Of a stretch of 22,943 bases of DNA, positions 9,899 to 17,534 are shown piece by piece. Source of the stretch: Thelocarpon superellum (taxonomy: Eukaryota). The first letter of the stretch is position 1, and each line of letters begins with the position of its first letter. The position numbers and the translations under genes were made by a program. The notes beneath the pieces were generated by a model. It was not told the origin of the DNA and ran no database searches. It saw only the letters and a list, made by a program, of their open reading frames with translations. The stretch lies in NCBI GenBank assembly GCA_026025795.1, contig JAPEUG010000026.1, forward strand, positions 62,001 to 84,943. Reading direction: 5' to 3'.

Positions 9899-10674
9899 TC
9901 AGAGTTCAGGCAGATTGCGTTGCTTGAACTTCTTGTTGGCACGATCCGTAGCTCGGCTTTCAAATTGAGAACCATGGAGCTCAAAGACCAAATTTCGCAC
10001 AGCTCCAGGTGCCGCATCGCCCGATGAGGTGGACGATGGAGGCGGCACCTCAAAGCGGAAGATGGAGTGTTCTTTGGGGAGGACTAATACACGAACGCTG
10101 ACATTAGCCATTGAATTCTCCCGGTTGTGACTCTGTGGGCCCACGTACTCTTCATCTCGTCCCTCCTCGTGATAATCTCAAACGTAAACTTCGTGTCCTT
10201 GAGCACGATGCCCCGTAACCCCACCCGGCCCACGCAGCGCGCACGCACGACCTCGATCTCCGCCCCATGGAAGTCGGCGCTGCAAAATTTCGACGCCGCG
10301 GTCGCCGTGACCGGCATACAGCGCTCCCCCAGCATCTCCTGAATATATCCGACCCACAAGCGATGAAGAGGCTCGTAGATGGCGTATTTGCGGGCCTCCT
10401 TTGGGATTTCGTAGATCTTCAGCTCGCGCTTTTCGCGTGCGCTGAGGGGCTTAGGGCGTGGTTGTGCAGCGCTGCGGGCGCGCTGCCGTGACGCGCGTGC
10501 TTGACGCCGTGCTTCGCGGGCGTTGGGGGTGCTCCTGGGTCCTTCGCCCGTCTCGGCGGGCCGGAGCAGGAGCGGCTTTTGCTTCACTTTCTCGAGGAAG
10601 ATTCGGGACGCATCTTCGTTATTGAAGGCATCTGCCAGGAGCTCTTGGCCGATGTGGGGCGTCTTGTGGGCCAT
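9899..10674 (-). CDS. POP4: RNase P/MRP subunit Pop4/Rpp29 (about 236 aa). Exons: 10674-10149, 10083-9899; alternative start 10704
   Basis: YEPLHRLWVGYIQEML, KFCSADFHGAEIEVVRARCVGRVGLRGIVLKDTKFTFEII, then across a 65-nt GTACGT..GCTAAT..TAG intron KILPKEHSIFRF...FELHGSQFESRATDRANKKFK. Confidence 0.93.
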
Positions 10675-10901
10675 TTTTCGGGTACGAGGGAGCGTAAATG
10701 ACATCGGCTGTGTGAGAGGAACCTCTCGAGATCGGAGACGGTTGGGACTGTCGGCGGCGGTTCGGCTCGGCAATTACTCTCTGGAATGGACGCACGCGTT
10801 TCCATTTCCATGGGTTCGTTCGCAGTCCACTTCCCACGGACAACCCCACCAGCTTCGTTTCGCTGCTCAGAGGTACAAAGAAGCTGGCCAGCTATGAAGA
10901 A

Positions 10902-11115
10902 GTAAGTCAGCCCGGCCTCAGACGTGATAGCTCGCTCGCCCCCGCACGGAATGATTAGACACAATGTTATCAATCTGTCAATCCACTGACCATGGGAGAA
11001 AGTACTTCTCATCATGCTTGATGTCTCAATCTATGCTCTTTATGATTGTGCTATCGATCTTCTTCACGTCTCCATGCAGTCACTGCCGAAGACTCAATTG
11101 CTAACGAGAGCTAAG
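10902..11115 (+). other. Intron of a putative non-coding (or sORF-only) snoRNA host transcript, divergent from POP4
   Basis: Perfect donor GTAAGT at 10902, perfect branch GCTAAC at 11100-11105, probable acceptor AAG ending 11115 (GAG at 11108/11110 also possible). About 214 nt versus 45-76 nt for the coding-gene introns, and it encloses the snoRNA. Confidence 0.7.
10944..11051 (+). ncRNA. Box C/D snoRNA predicted to guide 2'-O-methylation of 18S rRNA at the first U of GGAUUGACAGAUUGA (probable homologue of vertebrate SNORD110 / plant snoR14)
   Basis: Box C ATGATTA 10951-10957; guide TCAATCTGTCAATCC 10970-10984, the exact complement of conserved 18S GGAUUGACAGAUUGA; box D' CTGA 10986-10989; internal hairpin CATG-GAGAA/TTCTC-CATG 10991-11016; box C' TGATGT 11019-11024; box D ATGA 11042-11045; terminal stem GCACGG/TTGTGC. 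Family assignment is from memory. Confidence 0.87.
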
Positions 11116-11258
11116 TGATGATTCCTTGGGAGGGGATGAACCGTCGCCGCAGAAGCGCCCTCAACGTGCTGCCTGGGACCGGGATTGTCGTACGTCGACT
11201 ACACTCCAGTAGATACGATGTGGCGCCGACCCTTGATTCAATCGCATCCAATTTGGAT

Positions 11259-13102
11259 CTAAGCACACACCATATACTCCAAAAGGCGGCCACCTTTGGA
11301 AGGCACCTCGCAATGTTGCTTACAGTACCGTTTCCCATCCTGCGTTGAAGTGCCGCTGAGCGAGCGGCACATCTCGCATTCCATCCGTTTCCGCTCCTGA
11401 ATCATCCGGGGTTTCCGGTACAGGAAGAACCATGCACACCACGCGCCCATCAAACACGCCGTCAGAGGTAACGTTACGGCCCAGTAGATCCAGAAATGGG
11501 GGCTCACGTTCACCGCGTCAGCTGTCCAGTCGAACATCCCCATGCTGCAGATGGTCGCCACCGCCGTGGCCGGCAGGAAGCACATGGTGAGAATGCTGAT
11601 GGTCATCATCGAGGTGCTGTCTTGCTTCGAGTCAAATGCGAGTGCCGTCGACGCCTCGGCGATCTTGATGTTGACCTTGCTGTCTTTGGAGTTCTCCTCC
11701 GAGATCATGAGATTGATGCGATTGTCTTCGCGCGCGATGAACGCTTGAACCTGGATAATTGCAACGTACGGCATGAGTGGATGCCTCGCCGCGCGGTCAG
11801 ACAAGGTCAACTTACGATTCCAAGTTCATTCACGGCGCGCTTCTGCAGACACTGGCAGCGATGAAGCTGGTTATGCAGGAGATTGGCCGTATTGCGTACG
11901 CTCTCCTCCATCTGTAGATTCACGCAGGCCAGATAATCCACACGCAGGCGCCAGCTGTCGGAGGTAGACTGACGTGGTAGCCGCGGGTTTACGACAACTC
12001 TGTCCAGATACGCCAGCGTTTCCAAGAGGAAGTCGGTCAACTTGAGCTCGAAATCGAGGACGCGCTCGAGATAAACCAGGTTTCGCGAATGGCTGCCAAA
12101 ATAGGCAATCTCCTTGTCAAGCTCTCCCGGGTCTGTCCGAGCCCACTTATCCTCGAGATGCCATTCTTTCGTGTCAAGATATCGCGCCTCGACGATGGTG
12201 TGGCCCACGTACATGTCCATTAAGACCATTAGCAGGTACAGGGGATGCTCGGCCCAGCGAAATTCATCCGTCCGGAGCCGTTCGGTAAGGTCCTCGGTCG
12301 CTCGGTCCGTCACTCCGTCAAAAAGGCACGTTGCGGTTCCGTCGAGAAGGTTATGGGAATAAGCGATCGACCAGATGAAGGGATCGCCATTGCGGAGCTT
12401 CTCCTCTAGACGCTCCCGCTCCTCGGAGCTCTTGATGGACTCGAACCGCGCCATGTTCTGCGCAGGTGACCACGATAGGCCGGTGTAGCGACGGGTCGTG
12501 CTGAGGACGAAGGGGAAGTGCAGGACAAAGCCTTGACACAGTGATCAATACCCAGGATATGTAGCTGAAGATGTGGCACACCTACTCATCCGCTCCGCCG
12601 CCCCAGATTCACGAGTATAGGCGGTCTTGCGAAAGAAGTTTCCCACGCCCTTCGATTGAAGACGCAGGTATAACCAGTCGGCGGGGAGGTGCCAGCGCTG
12701 CATGAGCTTCTTCAGGTCCCGTCGGGGAAAGGGAAGGAAGTAAATCTGCTTCCGGCCAACCGTGCTCCGATCGTGACATCTGGGCCACGGGTATTTGTCG
12801 TCAGCACCCGGACGGGTAAGCAGCAGCTGGAAGACGAGACGCCCTCTGCCCGGCTGCACGTCCTCCGCGCGCGCGAGATCTTCCACCCAGGACCCCGTCG
12901 GGACTACGGAAGCGGGGCCAGACAGCTCAAACTGGTCGCCACGCTTCCAGATTTCTAGAAGGGAGGTCTCAAAGATCTCCCCTGGCGCGTCGGCCTGATT
13001 CCTGAAGGCCACATCCCCTAGGACCTCGGCCCCGCCGCCGGCCCGCTGAGACAGGCCGATGGGGAAGCGGAGCAGCCTGTCGAGATCAGCGTTGCTGTTC
13101 AT
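11259..13102 (-). CDS. Fungal CorA-like/ZntB-like membrane protein (about 574 aa, two C-terminal TM helices). Exons: 13102-12586, 12531-11816, 11750-11259
   Basis: Introns 12532-12585 and 11751-11815 join three ORF-track pieces in phase (1725 nt). Family-typical HPLYLLMVL, long helical stalk, SKQDSTSMMTISILTMCFLPATAVATICSMGMFDW and VSPHFWIYWAVTLPLT. The exact 3' end is less certain. Confidence 0.8.
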
Positions 13103-13470
13103 GGTGCTGAGGAACAGAACGAACCGTAGGACAAGGCATCTAGAAACGGCGCGAGCTCTACTTCTAAACTCGTTGCATTTGATCACAATCTGGGTGGCTG
13201 GCCTCTAGTGGGGCGCAGCTACCCTGGCCATGCAGCGTGAGGCTGGCTGAGTAGTGCCCAATCCGTGCCGCCCCCAACAGCTTGGTGTTCCTCTCTGCTG
13301 CATAACTGGATGGCAGCGCTCGGAGGCCGGTATTATTTGTGACCTCAGCACCGCACAGGGCTGAGCGAGCGGAACCAATTCGCGCCCACAGTCACGTCCT
13401 CAAAGTCTGGTATCAAGCAAGAGCGTGAGTGCACGAACAACCACACATACTCACACGTAATCTCGGCGAC

Positions 13471-14535
13471 ATGCCGAATGTAGAGACGATCGAGGAGACT
13501 ACAGGCCCGCGGCAACAGCCACACCCTGCGGTCGCGGCCGTGACCGAGCCCTTTCCCATCTCCTTTGTCTCCAACCGCTACCTTCTCTACGATATCAATC
13601 TCATCACGTATGTCCGGCGAGAGCATCATATCTGTGGCGTGCTCATCGGTACACTGGCCAAGATCCCTCAGCAGAATGTCTTCCTCGGTGTGCCCTTGGA
13701 GCTATCCCCCGAGGAGGCTCGACTGTTGGTGGTGAAGGGGGCGGGGTACATCGTCGACGATGTGAGAGCGCACGCCGACGGCATCACCGGACTGAGCGAG
13801 AAGGAGCGGAAACCCTTTCTCGCGGCCCTGGCGCGTGAGGGCCGGGCGGCGGCCCGACAGGCGGAGCAGAAAGCGACTAGGAAGAAGGAGGCCGCCTTCA
13901 GGAAGCTCGAAGCAGCTGACACGGACCGGCCGTCGCCTTTGGTAGCTGGCCACATCACGACGGTAGATGCGACGTCGAGGCCCGAGGATGAACAGGCCAT
14001 TGGAGATCCGGATACAGAGCTTGATGCATTGCCAGCTGCGCGGGCTTCATCTAACGCCACGAGCGGGACCAGACGTACGGGGACGCCACTAGAAATCTAT
14101 CCGATCACGCCCACCATCTCCTATCCACCTCTTACCATTCCGAGCAAGACACGACCTCAACCGCTGCCTGCAGTACCGTCATCATACCCGCTATACGCCC
14201 ATCTCCACAAACACGGGTACTACATGACTCCAGGGCTTCGCTTTGGCTGCCAGTACTCCGTCTATCCCGGGGATCCGCTTCGCTTCCACAGCCACTTCCT
14301 CGCCATCGCAGTCGGCTGGGATGTTGAGATGAATCTGATGGACCTGGTGGGAGGCGGTCGCTTAGGGACAGGCGTCAAGAAAGGATTTCTGATTGGTGCA
14401 TGCTCCAATGACTCGAAGCTTGATGATCCTCAGCACGGAGGAGACGAGGTAGCCGGCGATGCACCCGGTAACAAGGGGGTGAACGAGGGCGGCGCGAGTG
14501 TAAGGACGATCTGCATTGAATGGGCGAGTATGTAG
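13471..14535 (+). CDS. SEN34: tRNA-splicing endonuclease catalytic subunit Sen34 (354 aa), single exon
   Basis: N-terminal RREHHICGVLIGTL..IPQQNVFLGVPLEL.PEEARLLV; catalytic region TPGLRFGCQYSVYPGDPLRFHSHF...GGRLGTGVKKGFLI (Tyr/His/Lys triad); C-terminal ICIEWASM. First ATG is 13471. Confidence 0.95.
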   Translation: MPNVETIEETTGPRQQPHPAVAAVTEPFPISFVSNRYLLYDINLITYVRREHHICGVLIGTLAKIPQQNVFLGVPLELSPEEARLLVVKGAGYIVDDVRAHADGITGLSEKERKPFLAALAREGRAAARQAEQKATRKKEAAFRKLEAADTDRPSPLVAGHITTVDATSRPEDEQAIGDPDTELDALPAARASSNATSGTRRTGTPLEIYPITPTISYPPLTIPSKTRPQPLPAVPSSYPLYAHLHKHGYYMTPGLRFGCQYSVYPGDPLRFHSHFLAIAVGWDVEMNLMDLVGGGRLGTGVKKGFLIGACSNDSKLDDPQHGGDEVAGDAPGNKGVNEGGASVRTICIEWASM

Positions 14536-14581
14536 CATCCTGTGTGCAGGCGTTCTATGCGATGAAAGCGGCATCTTGTAC

Positions 14582-16633
14582 TTAGAGCGGGCCTGCATAA
14601 GACGGGTCCGCGCCCTCCGAATAGTGGGGTAGCGAGGCGTTAGGCTCAAGGGAGTCGAGATGCATGAATTGGTCGAGGTCGCCTTCTTGCGGGTTGGGCG
14701 GTAAGGTGGAGGCCGGCAGAGCGGGAGGAGTGAGCGGGACCAAGTCCATGGATGAGATGGACTCGGCAGGGAAGATGTTCTCTTCTGGCGGTCCGTCCAG
14801 GCCCATGCCAAGGCGCATGCCCGATGGGACACTGCGTCCCAAAGCGTCGCGTCGCGTCGCATGATACACGCCAACCAGGTCGGGATGGCGGGCGCTATTG
14901 TTGCATCGTCCATTCATCCAAAGGCCCGCGTCGGTAATCTGACCCTGTTCGATATCGCTGGCAAAATTTTCCGGCCCGCGCAGAATGGGAAGTAGCAGGC
15001 TCGATTCATACCAGCGCCCCTTGACCTCGCGCATACTGGTCACCTGCATGGAAGACTTCAGCTTCCAGTAGCCAGTCTCCTGGTGCCCACGGGCCGTAAC
15101 GTCGTTACGATATTTCAGGTCCATACGGACTCGTGGAGGAAGACTCTCCTGATCGGCGGGCGAGGGCTGCTCTTCTTGCGTGGCCAGGCGAAAGCGGTAG
15201 ACATCCCCGTAAAAATGCACGGAATGTTCCATGACGCCACTCTTCACGTCGGCCCGATGGTGCTGCACGATATGGTACACCACCATGATGTCGCCCGGGT
15301 CTCCGCGGAGACGGATGACATCGCCCACCCAGATCTTCTCGGCGCCGAAGAAGAGGCCATTCCAATACGTCTCTCCCGCCTCAGATGTTGGCGTGGACAC
15401 CAGGTCGAATGGAGTGTAGCTCTCATCCACAGCCCGGGCTGCGAAGATGCTGGCATCCACCTCGGCATCACCCTGCGGCCCGGCGTGGCCTTGAAGCACG
15501 CTCAGCCAGTCGATGGTCTCGTAGTCCAGCTGAGGGTACTGAAGACCGGCGTGCGTCGGCTGAGGCGGGCTCCACGCCAGCCACGGACGCAATTGCAAGT
15601 CGTCCATGACGATCTTTGGCGCCGGATGCTGGAAGGGGAGGGACAACGGCTGGAGCATGTATCGTGCGCGGCGGAGTACTTGCGGAACGGCATAGAGCTC
15701 CCGCATGGCAATAAGCGCAAGGCCCCACGTCTCGTCGCGGCGGTACCATACTACCTCGCCAGGCCGGAAGACACAGACGTTGTAGCCCAGGTCTACCTCT
15801 TGCTCCCGGCAGCGTGGAATGGTAACGCGCGGCAACTTCGTGCTCGGAATCGGAGTTGTGGCGATTCGCACCTCAGCCTCGTCTGGCCCCAGAGCGGAGG
15901 TTGGGGCGGATCGCTCAACGACTTGCGGAGATAGCTGGCGCGGAGACGGGCTTTTCCCGTCCAGAGATAGGACAACTCCCTTCGGCTGGAGGTCGACTGT
16001 CTTTTTCGCTTCGGATCCGGGGGGGACGGCGACCGTGGATCCTTTCGCCCGGGTACGGACCTCTTCCGGCGAGCACAGCTTGCAGCCACAATTCCCCGGA
16101 TCTCCCTCGGGATCCGTGGCAAGCCACAGGAGATGGGGAAAGAAATCGGCGGGACTACGGTAGCGCTTCTTGCGGCCACCCGGATGGCCATACAGATAGG
16201 CATCCAGGCGCTCGTTTCGGGGTTGACTGGCGGTTGCCGTTGATTTGCTCTTTCCATTCATGTCGGACGCCGTCACCCGACGATGCTCGTAGAGGCGATA
16301 GTTTTCAGGAAGGACGCCAAGGATGAAAGGCTCTCCTCCTGTAACACTTACTCAGCTCGAAAGTGTAAGGGGTGCTTCCACATCTCTGCACATACCCGCA
16401 GACGGGGGCTCTTTCAGTACCTGGGCGAGCATTCCTGCAAGCTTTCTCCGCCAGCTTATTACCTTGGCGTCGTCAGGGTCAAGCAACTGGTAGAAGTCGC
16501 AGACACCGGCCTCATCAGGTGCCGCATCGAGTTGCGACGCGGTCGGTCCATTGGATTCTCGCGCGACAGCCGTAGTGTCGACCTCGAGCTTGCCATCCGA
16601 TCGGGTGATCCAGAGTGGGATGAAAGGAGCCAT
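14582..16633 (-). CDS. clr2: Clr2-family transcription-silencing protein (cryptic loci regulator 2), about 664 aa. Exons: 16633-16396, 16338-14582
   Basis: ITRSDG start, WRRKLAGML, and across a 57-nt GTATGT..CAG intron ILGVLPENYRLYEH, then DAYLYGHPGGRKKRYRSPADFFPHLLWL...NCGCKLC (Clr2 N-terminal domain), FRPGEVVW, YWNGLFFGAEKIWVGDVIRL and EVKGRWYE (C-terminal domain). Confidence 0.88.
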
Positions 16634-17174
16634 GGCGTCCCACAAGTCTTTTGCAAAGACGCGAGAGGGTAGGGATGAAGCGGAGTGGCCCACGCAAGGA
16701 ATTGAAGCTCTCTGATGGAAAGGTAGAGCTCGAGTTGCTGTGAGGGTTCTAGAAGGAGTTGATGGGGCCGCAAGAGGGAGACGTAGAATTAGGCGACCCC
16801 CCCAATTGCTGCATCCCGGGGGTAAGAGGCAGTCCTATCGGGCTCCATAGCCCGGTCCGGGGGACAGCCTGCCAACCACCTGCCGGCAACAGTGACATGG
16901 AGCCAGTGACGGAGACGGTGTTGAAGACAGCGAGATATGTCACGGGTGCTGGATCAGCCATTGGACCCTCCAGGTCACCATCTTCTGGTGATTGCCGAGC
17001 TGACGCTACGCCCAGCTCGGCCTTCAACCGGAAAGCGGAACGAGAGTCGCAAGTGACCAGGGCCCTCCCGCCAGGCCCCACCCAGGCTAGTAGACGCCGC
17101 TCAAGCATAGGCGAACGCGCCACACGCGACACGACGCGTCGCAAATGCAGGGATCGGAGGTGAAAGAGGCCTTT

Positions 17175-17188
17175 TTGACGTACGTCAA
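17175..17188. promoter_or_regulatory. Perfect 14-bp palindrome TTGACGTACGTCAA (two inverted TGACG CRE half-sites) in the clr2/SNF2 divergent spacer
   Basis: Self-complementary sequence seen directly; about 540 nt from the clr2 ATG and 350 nt from the SNF2 ATG. Function is inferred. Confidence 0.4.
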
Positions 17189-17534
17189 GGGAAATAGCAG
17201 GGATTATTGACGAGGACAGAGAGCTGTCCTGTTCTGGAAATGCACAGGTCATTCGGATAGACACGAAGTCGATGCCTTTCTTTGAGGAGTACCTGACAGC
17301 TATTGTGGGGAGACTGTGACTCGCATCTGGGTCAAGCTGACCATTCCTGAACAACGGGATTGAGCGGTAATCATCAGAGTCGTGAACGGAGGCAGAGGCA
17401 CGAGGGGTTGAACAAAGAGAGCAGCGACACGTGCCGAACGACTTCCAGTGCAATCCTGCTCCCTCCCCGCTAACGATCATTCACGACTTGTCGTTACGTG
17501 AGCACCTGGCCCTGCTGGCCGTGTGGCCGCCAAG

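Noticed and set aside
16941..16960. GGGTGCTGG resembling the 5' part of a TPP riboswitch
   Set aside because: The CUGAGA and CUGAU...AUNCCNGCGNAGG core elements are absent and neither neighbour is a thiamine gene.
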